Sequence record: NC_025447.1
Length of the DNA stretch: 64,000 nucleotides
Reading direction: 5' to 3' (one strand)
The translations under genes and the position numbers were made by a program. The notes under the pieces are model-generated. The model worked only from the letters and a program-made list of their open reading frames with translations. It did no database searches and was not told the origin of the DNA. Each line of letters opens with the position of its first letter. The first letter of the stretch is position 1. Of this stretch, positions 1 to 9,036 are shown piece by piece.

Positions 1-1
1 T

Positions 2-337
2 AACTTCAACTGCGGTGATTTTGAAACAACATTATTACTTCATGAGGGTTATCCAGAAGGTGATGTATTAGCTGAGTACAATCCAAAAACTAAAATTCTC
101 AAAAGAGGAATCCAGTTCACTATTAATAACAAAGATGATGTTCAAGCAGCACTGATGCAACTGAGTACAAGTGAACCTATCACTATTAGTGTAGAAGAGT
201 TATGGGGAATTATTTCAGTACTCAATGAGTGCTACAAAGTAAAATCATTGCGTAAACACAGCATTATATTACATACCAATATGGCAAATATAAAATGTAA
301 GCACATTCAAGAAATGGTGGTTCCAGATGGACTTTAA
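2..337 (+). CDS. hypothetical protein, 5' end outside the window
   Basis: frame is open from nt 2 to the stop at 337; track ORF 155..337 is its 3' part. Confidence 0.7.
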   Translation, partial: NFNCGDFETTLLLHEGYPEGDVLAEYNPKTKILKRGIQFTINNKDDVQAALMQLSTSEPITISVEELWGIISVLNECYKVKSLRKHSIILHTNMANIKCKHIQEMVVPDGL

Positions 338-911
338 AGAAATTGAAAGTAAATTAAAGTACTTCAAAGATATCAAACTTCTTTGGAAAAAGTATAAAGT
401 TGATTACAATTTCAGTGATGATGAGACAATAAAATACATTGAGATTAATATCAAAATCAAGTTCAAGAATAATAATTATGGTGAAGTAACCTTAAATCAT
501 ACTGGTATATCACTCAAGGACTATGATGGTACAACACTCGCATATTTTGACTTCACACCAGAACCAGGTGAAACACTACTTAGTGAGATAAATTCCTATG
601 ACATGGAAGTGTTCGGCGGGAATCCGTTACTGTTCCGACTTTCTGAAGAGTGGAGTGAAGAGTACTACACTTACAAAGATGGTGTAGTACTTGACATTCA
701 TGGAGAAGTTGTGAATGACTTGGAAGAACGTTTGTTCCAAGAATTGTGTGTTTCAAATACTTCATATGCATACAATCATATCCTTGACATGTTTGATTTA
801 TATAGTAAAATAGATGCTGAAATGAAGGCACATGGTATTCATTACCTTACAATTAACGACTATGCTCAACTCGAAACCGCTGTGAAAGCATTGACTAAAG
901 TACTGAAATAG
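327..911 (+). CDS. hypothetical protein (EE..FQ paralog family)
   Basis: 194 aa ORF, coupled to upstream gene; LEERLFQELCV motif. Confidence 0.75.
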   Translation: MDFKEIESKLKYFKDIKLLWKKYKVDYNFSDDETIKYIEINIKIKFKNNNYGEVTLNHTGISLKDYDGTTLAYFDFTPEPGETLLSEINSYDMEVFGGNPLLFRLSEEWSEEYYTYKDGVVLDIHGEVVNDLEERLFQELCVSNTSYAYNHILDMFDLYSKIDAEMKAHGIHYLTINDYAQLETAVKALTKVLK

Positions 912-920
912 GAATGAAAT

Positions 921-1334
921 ATGAAACTGTATCATGCGAGTACTGTAAAAATTGATAACTTTTATATCCCGTATGGTGGTCTTCATATGGGAGGTAAACA
1001 CAGTGCTTTGGAAGCTGCATTACGCAAGCTGAGAAGCCCACTGAACGTAGTAGACGCATGTACAGTATACTTGCATACCTTAGAAGTTGATGTTGATAAC
1101 GTGCTTCTGTGTGAAGATTTAGGCAGTGATGATGAGTGGCGTTCACTTATTGAGAATTGCACTGCTCAAGGTTATGATGCTGTTCAGTACAAAAATGATT
1201 ACGAGCCAGACAATGTTCCTAGCTTTATGATTTGGGATGCATCTAAAGTTCGCATCATTGAAGTTGATGCTATGCATATGGATGAAGCTGAAATGATTAT
1301 CGAAGATTTTCTTGATGAATATGAAGGTGTATAA
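921..1334 (+). CDS. putative ADP-ribosyltransferase-fold protein (ART-PolyVal-like)
   Basis: KLYHAS...GLHMG N-terminus and GYDAVQYKNDYE..SFMIWD C-terminal pattern. Confidence 0.4.
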   Translation: MKLYHASTVKIDNFYIPYGGLHMGGKHSALEAALRKLRSPLNVVDACTVYLHTLEVDVDNVLLCEDLGSDDEWRSLIENCTAQGYDAVQYKNDYEPDNVPSFMIWDASKVRIIEVDAMHMDEAEMIIEDFLDEYEGV

Positions 1335-1870
1335 TGTCTGACCCGATGGTAGCACTGGCACGTACAAAATTACTATTAAAGATTGGTGAGATTTTTACGG
1401 TTCTTCTGTCCAATAATATTGATATCACTGAGCTAGATATTAAGCAACCGTGGGAAGTGACTATGTTCTCGGCGTTCCACCGATTGTCATATAAAGGTGA
1501 AAGTGTTCTTGATTTTAACCCTAAAGCAAAATTCATAGATTATGCTGCGTTGTACAGAGAGTTGCACCGAAATATTTATTCCGGTTGTATAACCAATAAC
1601 TTCAAAGAAATTAAAGTTCAAACTGCATCACATGAGTTCAATGATTTACTTTATCCAGAATTTAATCTAACGGAAGAATTACTCTTTCAGTACTCGTTAA
1701 TTCTCACAAATCTCGAAACGCTAGAGTACTACAAAGAGTTAGTAGATATTTTTATGAATACACGACTTTCAAAAGATATTGTGATATTCTGGTATACAGA
1801 GCATGTTACGGAGGAATTGCTTACTGAATTTCTTCTAAATATGACAGCTATAAAGGAGAAGTTATGTTAG
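1334..1870 (+). CDS. hypothetical protein (EE..FQ family)
   Basis: 178 aa; LTEELLFQYSL. Confidence 0.75.
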   Translation: MSDPMVALARTKLLLKIGEIFTVLLSNNIDITELDIKQPWEVTMFSAFHRLSYKGESVLDFNPKAKFIDYAALYRELHRNIYSGCITNNFKEIKVQTASHEFNDLLYPEFNLTEELLFQYSLILTNLETLEYYKELVDIFMNTRLSKDIVIFWYTEHVTEELLTEFLLNMTAIKEKLC

Positions 1871-2337
1871 ATATTTTAGGAAACATCGATACTGCAAATT
1901 ATTTTATCCAGGACGCACTGTTCAATACAGTTCAACAAGGATTAGAAGTTCGTCATAACGTTTACCAAGGTGATGGTTATTTCGTTGATATTGTTGAGGC
2001 ACGAAAGAATACGTTTAATGTTAACATTACAACACTGGGTAGACAGAACATTGCACGAATTTTAGTAAGTAAAGATGAAATTGTATTGAGATACAGTGCT
2101 AAGTTTATGTTGACTTATAAGAAAAAAACTGATATGTTCAGTACTAATTTATTTGATGAACCATTTGACCTTGAAGATATTGAAGCTACTTTCTTTACTC
2201 AAAGTACTATGGTAAAATACACTGATGTTCAATTTTCTGCTGATGTAATGTCAGAAACATTACAAATGATCAAGGTATTATTTTATGCATTTGAGCAATT
2301 TAGAGAAGAAAGAAACAAGGTTAACAACCACAGATGA
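1864..2337 (+). CDS. hypothetical protein (EE..FQ family)
   Basis: 157 aa; IEATFFTQSTM. Confidence 0.7.
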   Translation: MLDILGNIDTANYFIQDALFNTVQQGLEVRHNVYQGDGYFVDIVEARKNTFNVNITTLGRQNIARILVSKDEIVLRYSAKFMLTYKKKTDMFSTNLFDEPFDLEDIEATFFTQSTMVKYTDVQFSADVMSETLQMIKVLFYAFEQFREERNKVNNHR

Positions 2338-2698
2338 ACTAATAGAGGCGATCACTAAGGAGTCAAAATACCACAAAGGGATTCGTCTATATTTTATAGA
2401 TATTGGTTCAATGGAAGGCATATACATTTATGGTTCACAATCTTTATCTTATGATGTAATGCCAAAAAAACATGTAAAAATCTTTTTAGGTTCAAATAAA
2501 AAAACTTTCTTGACAATTAATGATAAAAACGTTATTATGAATTCGTTGGGTCATGATAAGGTGGAAATTGATCTAAACACGCTTGAGGATATTGATTTTT
2601 TTCAATACGAGTGTTTAGGTGTTGACTTACATGGCATTAGTAGCGATAAGATAAAATCATTAATCAAATATTTCGAAGGTGTTCATAAATGTATCTAA
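2285..2698 (+). CDS. hypothetical protein (EE..FQ family), start uncertain
   Basis: 137 aa; LEDIDFFQYECL. Confidence 0.6.
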   Translation: MHLSNLEKKETRLTTTDELIEAITKESKYHKGIRLYFIDIGSMEGIYIYGSQSLSYDVMPKKHVKIFLGSNKKTFLTINDKNVIMNSLGHDKVEIDLNTLEDIDFFQYECLGVDLHGISSDKIKSLIKYFEGVHKCI

Positions 2699-3186
2699 CT
2701 AAATCAATGAAAAATTCATTTGATAAAATCAAGAGTTGTCTTGATGGGGAAAATATTACAAGTGTTACACAAACTGCTGACCAAATTCAAAGCAGTTCAA
2801 ATGATTGTACTGTTATTTTAGGTTTACATAGTCTACGTTTATCAATAGTAAATAATATTGACAACACTGCTATTGTAATCACACCATGCCATATTCAAAA
2901 TGAGAATGGTGTATATCTTCATCACATGGGAACAGTATTTCATATTTTCAATACAAACGAAAACATTGTTAAGGAATACAAATCTCTTAATATTGATTCA
3001 GGTGAATTATTTCAAATGAGTACTTTGTACTCATGTAATTTTACAGATACTTCATGTATTTTGCCATTTTTCTTGGAAATTATTAAGAAAATGGAAAATT
3101 TAAAACGTGAATACAATAAAGAAATGGTTCCTGAAGCTATATTAAATATTACTAATGCTATAGAGAAGTATAATGCAGTGACTTAA
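2689..3186 (+). CDS. hypothetical protein (EE..FQ family)
   Basis: 165 aa; DSGELFQMSTLY. Confidence 0.7.
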   Translation: MYLTKSMKNSFDKIKSCLDGENITSVTQTADQIQSSSNDCTVILGLHSLRLSIVNNIDNTAIVITPCHIQNENGVYLHHMGTVFHIFNTNENIVKEYKSLNIDSGELFQMSTLYSCNFTDTSCILPFFLEIIKKMENLKREYNKEMVPEAILNITNAIEKYNAVT

Positions 3187-3228
3187 TAAAAACGCACATG
3201 GAGTGCATTAGAAGATCAAGGATAGATC

Positions 3229-3702
3229 ATGGAGATTAAAACTGTTGAAAATGGGAAAATTGATGACATTTTAGAGTTGGACGCATTCAAAGTTCATGAT
3301 ATAATGTTTAATGTGAAGGACATTATTCAATGTCTATTTTTGTGTAGCAAGACAATGCATGATTTTTTTCACAACCCAAATACTAACGTTTTTATACTAA
3401 CAATCAGTACTGAAAACTCGTTTATCATGGGTATGCCTATGAGTACAAATGAACAATATATTGATTGTGTTATTCGTAATAACGATAGTATTACGCCACA
3501 ATCTGAAGTACGTAAAAAGAAAAACACCTACACAATCAAAGATGATAAAATTATGATGTGCTGTAGTAAAGGGTTTATATTAGATAATTTTATCGTCAAA
3601 GACAGTTATCATGACTTTAAAGTGTCTGAAAATCAATCCAATGTAGTTCTTTATGCGAGTGACATAGAAAGTCTAACAGTTAAAGACCCCAGTTTGGAGT
3701 AA
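3229..3702 (+). CDS. hypothetical protein
   Basis: 157 aa ORF with AAGGA RBS. Confidence 0.7.
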   Translation: MEIKTVENGKIDDILELDAFKVHDIMFNVKDIIQCLFLCSKTMHDFFHNPNTNVFILTISTENSFIMGMPMSTNEQYIDCVIRNNDSITPQSEVRKKKNTYTIKDDKIMMCCSKGFILDNFIVKDSYHDFKVSENQSNVVLYASDIESLTVKDPSLE

Positions 3703-3704
3703 GT

Positions 3705-3836
3705 ATGGCTAAGAAAGTAAACAATTTCGTACAGAAACACATGAATGAGTTTAACAAGCCTCAGACACATGTGGATCGTAAAAAAGAAATGAAAAATGGT
3801 AAAGTAAAACACAAGTCGAGATTTATTCTCGACTAA
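3705..3836 (+). CDS. small basic protein (43 aa), below track cutoff
   Basis: MAKKVNNFVQKHMNEFNKPQTHVDRKKEMKNGKVKHKSRFILD*, GGAG RBS; resembles small basic proteins of T4-like phages. Confidence 0.65.
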   Translation: MAKKVNNFVQKHMNEFNKPQTHVDRKKEMKNGKVKHKSRFILD

Positions 3837-3842
3837 TTTTTT
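3814..3842 (+). terminator. intrinsic terminator
   Basis: AGTCGAG-atttatt-CTCGACT followed by a T-rich tail. Confidence 0.55.
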
Positions 3843-3859
3843 GTCTAAATTTATGAGGA

Positions 3860-4714
3860 TTGTATATGTTAGACATTTCAGATTTTCTTAATTTTAAAAA
3901 ATATTCAGTACTTGAACATATCAACGAATTTCTGAATTCTACTACACCATTTGGTATCAGTACATCAGATGCATACGATGGATATACAATCTTCCCATAC
4001 AATGACTTTCAAATTTCCGTCAAAAAAGGTTTTACAAAAGAAGTTGCAATTCGTGATGTAGTAATGTATAGCGATTCTTCTATTTCTTACTGTCATGACG
4101 TGAACAAGTTTGAATCTCTTTCAACACCTAATTGTTCATACTACAAATCCCATGACACGATGATGTATAAAGAACAACATATTAATGGTGTTTCGTTCTA
4201 TAAAACTAGCAGTGATAAATCATATACATCTAGAGATGATTTTGGAAAATACACATGTACTATGCACACGGATAATGAAAAAACAAATTACACTCATTCA
4301 TTCGAGTCCAAATTCCAAGAGAGTGAAGTTTCAAATATCACTATACAAGAACAGGTTTCAGAAGGCATTGTATATCGTAGTACTGCATTCTTTCGCATGA
4401 AAGATATTGCCACAGGCAGACCAATGATGTACAATATTGACATATACATGAAAGGTGATATATCCGAAGTAGTGATTAGTACTGGTTATCGTGAAAAATA
4501 TACAGTTACAATGGAATCACCAGATGCATCATTAGTTCACCTCTTTAACAATTTATATACATTCCAATTCGAACTTAGTTTCGATCCAAATGAATATCAA
4601 ATATTTGATATATTAAAAAGTAATATTATTAATAAGTTAGAATATTACTACAAGTTAGGTGGTAAGATGTGCATAGTTAATACTATGTTACATAACATAA
4701 AAGAAACATTATAA
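3860..4714 (+). CDS. hypothetical protein
   Basis: 284 aa ORF, GAGG RBS. Confidence 0.75.
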   Translation: MYMLDISDFLNFKKYSVLEHINEFLNSTTPFGISTSDAYDGYTIFPYNDFQISVKKGFTKEVAIRDVVMYSDSSISYCHDVNKFESLSTPNCSYYKSHDTMMYKEQHINGVSFYKTSSDKSYTSRDDFGKYTCTMHTDNEKTNYTHSFESKFQESEVSNITIQEQVSEGIVYRSTAFFRMKDIATGRPMMYNIDIYMKGDISEVVISTGYREKYTVTMESPDASLVHLFNNLYTFQFELSFDPNEYQIFDILKSNIINKLEYYYKLGGKMCIVNTMLHNIKETL

Positions 4715-4730
4715 ATCTGGAGGATTTGGT

Positions 4731-5027
4731 ATGGATACTAAATTCAAAATTATTTTTAAAACTAAGCCGTATATTCCACATACAGCAGAACGTTTTATAC
4801 CACATGGTGCTGAGGAAATTATTCACCAAGATGGTACTAAGTTATACCTTGTTCCTTGTTCTTATGAACGTGCAGTAGAAATGTTACTAATGAATGCTAG
4901 ACTATGCAAAAACAAGTACATTAGTTACCTATACAATGAACATATTTTAGATTTCAATGATGAAAATATGTTCATTCTAGCAATTGAGGATTTTGATAAC
5001 TGGTACAATATTATTAAAATCCAATGA
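4731..5027 (+). CDS. hypothetical protein
   Basis: 98 aa ORF, GGAGG RBS. Confidence 0.75.
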   Translation: MDTKFKIIFKTKPYIPHTAERFIPHGAEEIIHQDGTKLYLVPCSYERAVEMLLMNARLCKNKYISYLYNEHILDFNDENMFILAIEDFDNWYNIIKIQ

Positions 5028-5035
5028 AAATAATG

Positions 5036-5063
5036 TGAACATATTAGATTCTTGTGATATAAT
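5036..5063 (+). promoter_or_regulatory. promoter, GGACA-type -35, 16 bp spacer, TGnTATAAT
   Basis: TGAACA-N16-TATAAT with TG extension, inside inverted repeat TGTGAACAT/ATGTTCACA. Confidence 0.65.
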
Positions 5064-5096
5064 GTTCACATCTTTTTTTTGATAACGGAGATATAG

Positions 5097-5483
5097 ATGA
5101 ATACAAGTTCAGTCCTAAAAGCAATTGGTGGTGTTTTACTCATTGAAGTAAAAGGTGAGCCAAAGCTATGCTGTTTAGAAGATATGAAGAATACAAAACA
5201 CTTCAGTACTGGTCAGATTTTCAATGCCATTCGTATTCTAAATGACAAATCCATTGCTGATTATGGAAAAGTTTGGCCTGTATATCAAAATGCTGATGGT
5301 GATATCAGTACTGATTGGAAAACAATTGAGGCGGTACGACAAAGTTGTGAGAGTGATTGGGACTTCATTGTTGAAGTTTGTGATCAACTACAAGAAGATG
5401 TTCCAGAAATTGTTGAACGAAAAGAAGTTCTAGCACGACTTGAAAAATTCCGTCACGGAACACTACAGTATGACACAATCTAA
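5097..5483 (+). CDS. hypothetical protein
   Basis: 128 aa ORF, GGAG RBS. Confidence 0.75.
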   Translation: MNTSSVLKAIGGVLLIEVKGEPKLCCLEDMKNTKHFSTGQIFNAIRILNDKSIADYGKVWPVYQNADGDISTDWKTIEAVRQSCESDWDFIVEVCDQLQEDVPEIVERKEVLARLEKFRHGTLQYDTI

Positions 5484-5532
5484 TCTGCTTATTAAAAATA
5501 TCTAATTAACATTATATAAAAGGAATTTAAAA

Positions 5533-5838
5533 ATGGAAGACAATGGAATGAAATTTGATATGTTTGAAGGTGTACCAGAGTTCGATTTCAACAAACTTGA
5601 AGAAGGTGAGGAATCAGAACTAGTTAGTGTTACGCTTAAAGCAGATTCTAAAAAGAAATATTCATCATCAGTACGTTCACGTTCACAAGAAGAATACGAA
5701 ACATTTATTGAAAGTATTCATTATGAAACATTCCATCACGCAGATGGAACTCCATATGAAGTACGTGTAACAGTACTGAAGCCTGAAGTAAATCCAATGG
5801 AAAATCTACGTCCTGTTTACTGCTGGGCAAGTCACTAA
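5533..5838 (+). CDS. acidic hypothetical protein
   Basis: 101 aa ORF, AAGGA RBS. Confidence 0.75.
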   Translation: MEDNGMKFDMFEGVPEFDFNKLEEGEESELVSVTLKADSKKKYSSSVRSRSQEEYETFIESIHYETFHHADGTPYEVRVTVLKPEVNPMENLRPVYCWASH

Positions 5839-5844
5839 TAAACC

Positions 5845-5877
5845 AAAGGACGGGATTTGTTATCTCGTCCTTTTTTT
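5845..5877 (+). terminator. intrinsic terminator
   Basis: AAAGGACGGGAT-ttgtt-ATCTCGTCCTTT plus T run. Confidence 0.8.
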
Positions 5878-5889
5878 GTCTGGAGATGT

Positions 5890-6744
5890 ATGAAACTTTA
5901 TCTAATCGTTGACTACAATAAGGATTATGCTGGTAACTTCACCGAAGATTCGGATGGATATTGCACATCGACTAATGTCAATGTACGTAGCAGTAGTGCT
6001 CATGAACATGAATCTTGTAAAAATCTAAAAGATTTTATCGCATACCGAGCATTTGAAAAGAACTTCTGCCGCAGTAGATATTCGAAGTTTGAGTACCCGT
6101 TAATTGATGTTCCTGATGATTTAATGTTCCAGTTAATGCTGACCGGAGTTCAAGATTATGATTACATAGCGTATAATCATATTACTAAGAAAATTTATAT
6201 TGGTACATCATCACATGACACTTCTATGTATGCATCATGCCCAGATGATCGAATGAATGATAGAAAATCATACTATAGTGGGTCAGTTGGTTTAAATGAT
6301 TCATTAAATAAAAATTCATTCTTTGAGTATGTTTATGATTACCATCATGAGAAAAAAGAACGTGAAGATTACTGTATAGCAATTGATAGTACTAATGGTT
6401 ATGAAGACGTGAAAGAAGCACTTATGCCGTACATTATTGAAAAGTACTACAAAGATTTTCAGTACTGTAGTAATTTTCTAATCAGAAATTCTATTATAAT
6501 CGGTCGCCAATCTAGTGCATACTCTCAGTACTATAATGATTCACCAGTAGCATCGGCAAATGAAATGTGTGATATTTTACAAATTCCACGTGAAGATATG
6601 GCATTCATTTTTACATCTTTTATTGAAGATGATGAGTTGTATATTAAAAATAAACACCGTTTCATGCCAAGCAAGATTGAGGTTATTCGAAGTTTTAGTG
6701 TTGATATACTAACAAATTTCACAGAAAAAACCGAATATAACTGA
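5890..6744 (+). CDS. hypothetical protein (EE..FQ family)
   Basis: start moved to ATG 5890 after GGAG; DDLMFQLMLT. Confidence 0.75.
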   Translation: MKLYLIVDYNKDYAGNFTEDSDGYCTSTNVNVRSSSAHEHESCKNLKDFIAYRAFEKNFCRSRYSKFEYPLIDVPDDLMFQLMLTGVQDYDYIAYNHITKKIYIGTSSHDTSMYASCPDDRMNDRKSYYSGSVGLNDSLNKNSFFEYVYDYHHEKKEREDYCIAIDSTNGYEDVKEALMPYIIEKYYKDFQYCSNFLIRNSIIIGRQSSAYSQYYNDSPVASANEMCDILQIPREDMAFIFTSFIEDDELYIKNKHRFMPSKIEVIRSFSVDILTNFTEKTEYN

Positions 6745-6770
6745 GACAAATGATAAGTTAATGATATAAT
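6743..6770 (+). promoter_or_regulatory. promoter upstream of ncRNA copy A
   Basis: GAGACA-N16-TATAAT with TG extension. Confidence 0.65.
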
Positions 6771-6772
6771 AT

Positions 6773-6807
6773 AAGGTGACAACATAATATGTTAGTCACC
6801 TTTTTTT
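6773..6807 (+). terminator. intrinsic terminator overlapping the promoter start site
   Basis: AAGGTGACAACATA-a-TATGTT(a)GTCACCTT plus T run. Confidence 0.7.
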
Positions 6808-6829
6808 AATCCTGAAAGGTTCCCATAAG

Positions 6830-7312
6830 GAAATGATTAAAAGCCTAATCCACTCGAAAATGTAGAGGGTAGATGAGTAGTCCTTTCAGTACGAACAGCA
6901 GATGAAACCCGTTAGATGATGGCATAGTTTGAACCACTCACGGCAATGCGGCTGTATAAAGAACTCCAATAGGATAAAGAGAGTTCCTCGATAGACATAT
7001 AAGGATCGCACCTTACCAATTATCTAAGGGAGATTTCATAAGAAATATGCGGTCGGAATTATACAATATAGTTGCGTCCAAATTTTGTGAAATCAAATAC
7101 AAGTACTGGTCATATGGTATTTGTATTATGTGTCGGGATGTTTAAGACCGACGACCGTTGCTACAAGAACCGCGATAGAGAGAAACAGAGCAACCCGCTT
7201 TCGTCTCGTAAGAGAATTCGTGATATGAACTATGTGAAGGCCACCAGCGTCAAATTTTTTTGTTCTTTCCCCTGCGGGGGGATGAAATATGCTCAAGCAA
7301 ACCCCGTCAATA
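6830..7312 (+). ncRNA. candidate large structured non-coding RNA, copy A
   Basis: no credible CDS; colinear homology to 61497-62042; covarying stems; cUGCGg and GUAA tetraloops. Confidence 0.75.
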
Positions 7313-7422
7313 TTAATTAAAAGAAAATAGTACTTGTAGAATTAGACATGCGTAGCATGATAATTCTACTGATGTTGATGCAATCAACGTCACGTATATT
7401 CATTGATGTTTCCATAGGAATA

Positions 7423-7968
7423 ATGATGGCATTTATTAGAAAAGAAAAAACTGTTACTTATAAAACTTTGAATTTTGATGATTGCATTAATCAATCACAA
7501 GACGAAGATATCTTTACTGGATATGTGGTTATTAAAGAAAAAGGATGCATTTCTTATATAAAGGAATTACAAAATGGAATTGAAGTGACTTCAGTTAAAT
7601 TACTTCCTACTCAAAAACCAACAATATCAAAAGCCCAGTATGGTAATTATTTTGAAGAAAGATATAGTAATAATTCAATAAGTGTTAAGGCTCATATTAT
7701 TAAAGGAGAACTAGAAGGAGAATATAGAAAATACAACCCACAAGGAAAATGTGTTTGGGTTAAATACTTCAATTCAGGATATGATGTAACATCTGAAATT
7801 ATAGAGTTCTTGGGTTTAAAATGTACCCCTGAGACTATTCATGATTACAAGTTCAATACTGAAGAAGAGTTTAATCTGATGATGCGTTACGGTTCACATT
7901 TTAAATTTTTATATGAATATAACATTGACAGTAGTACTTTTGATAAGATAGTACACAACTGTCTCTAA
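7423..7968 (+). CDS. MORN-variant repeat hypothetical protein
   Basis: KGELEGEYRKYNPQGKCVWVKYFNSG repeat-like segment; start after AGGA. Confidence 0.55.
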   Translation: MMAFIRKEKTVTYKTLNFDDCINQSQDEDIFTGYVVIKEKGCISYIKELQNGIEVTSVKLLPTQKPTISKAQYGNYFEERYSNNSISVKAHIIKGELEGEYRKYNPQGKCVWVKYFNSGYDVTSEIIEFLGLKCTPETIHDYKFNTEEEFNLMMRYGSHFKFLYEYNIDSSTFDKIVHNCL

Positions 7969-7984
7969 CAAAAGGAATTATATA

Positions 7985-8506
7985 ATGTCGAAGAAGGATG
8001 CTTCGAAAAAACATTCAGTACATTTCAGTACTGGAAAAGATAACTGGACAACTCCCAAAGATTTCTTTGAAGATTTGGATGAGTTATGGGGATTTACACT
8101 TGATGCTGCTTGTGTAGATGAGACTGCATTGTGTGATAATTTTTTCACTCCAGAAGATGATTCACTATCACAGGATTGGGGAAATAATATAGTTTGGTTG
8201 AATCCACCATACAGTGACTTGAAAACTTGGTTATCTAAAGCAGTAGATGCATATAATAACGGGGCAACTGTAGTTATTCTTGTACCCTCAAGAACCGACA
8301 CAATTGCTTTTCAGGATTATGCTGCTAAAATATGTGATTGTATTTGTTTTATTAAGGGAAGATTACGATTTGGTATACCAGAAGAACCCGATAAGAAAAC
8401 AGATTCAGCACCATTTCCTTCGTGTCTGATAGTACTGGATAAGTACTTAACCACTGCTAAAATCAATTATCTTAAATCTCTTGGGTTGGTGATGAAGAAT
8501 TTATGA
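7985..8506 (+). CDS. phage DNA N6-adenine methyltransferase (T1/lambdoid Dam-like)
   Basis: W.TP..FF..LD..WGFTLDAA, WLNPPYS catalytic motif IV, LVPSRTDT, FIKGRLRF. Confidence 0.88.
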   Translation: MSKKDASKKHSVHFSTGKDNWTTPKDFFEDLDELWGFTLDAACVDETALCDNFFTPEDDSLSQDWGNNIVWLNPPYSDLKTWLSKAVDAYNNGATVVILVPSRTDTIAFQDYAAKICDCICFIKGRLRFGIPEEPDKKTDSAPFPSCLIVLDKYLTTAKINYLKSLGLVMKNL

Positions 8507-9036
8507 AAGAAACATGTGTATTAACGTTTGGTCGTATTAATCCTGTACATCGTGGACATGGTTTAGTTTTTGAAAAGGCCAAAACATTACAAGAACAGTA
8601 CAATGCTGATTTAAAAATATATCTAAGCACCAGTACTGACAATATAAAAAACCCACTCCCACCTGAACTAAAAATGTATTATACAGAGGGATTCTATCCT
8701 TCAGTGCAAGAGAACATCTACACAGAAGACAATCTATTTGATATAATGAGAGAACTGGATGGAAAGTACTTAGATGTTCTTTTCATTTGTGGTTCTGACC
8801 GTATTGATTCTTTTCAAAAAACTCTTGACATGTACAATGGTAAGTTGTATAATTTTTGTAGTATAAAAGCAATTCAGGCAGGTATTGACCGTAATGTAAG
8901 TCAATATAGCTCAACACAAATGCGTAACTTCGCAAAAAATGAAGATTTTGATAGTTTTCGTGAGTTTTTACCTGGAAATGACGAGGACTTAAAAATACAA
9001 TTATTTGAAGACGTTATAAAATACATGAGGAAATAA
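8503..9036 (+). CDS. HIGH-motif nucleotidyltransferase (cytidyltransferase/NMNAT-like)
   Basis: TFGRINPVHRGH, GSDR, SSTQMR. Confidence 0.8.
   Translation: MKETCVLTFGRINPVHRGHGLVFEKAKTLQEQYNADLKIYLSTSTDNIKNPLPPELKMYYTEGFYPSVQENIYTEDNLFDIMRELDGKYLDVLFICGSDRIDSFQKTLDMYNGKLYNFCSIKAIQAGIDRNVSQYSSTQMRNFAKNEDFDSFREFLPGNDEDLKIQLFEDVIKYMRK

Noticed and set aside
6830-7312. Group I/II intron, tmRNA, RNase P or tRNA identity for the repeated element
   Set aside because: no P7 or domain V consensus, no T-arm/CCA end with tag ORF, no RNase P P4 signature; neither copy interrupts a gene
7072-7320. 82-aa + strand ORF inside RNA copy A
   Set aside because: TTG start without RBS; the homologous blocks in copy B are not read in an equivalent frame
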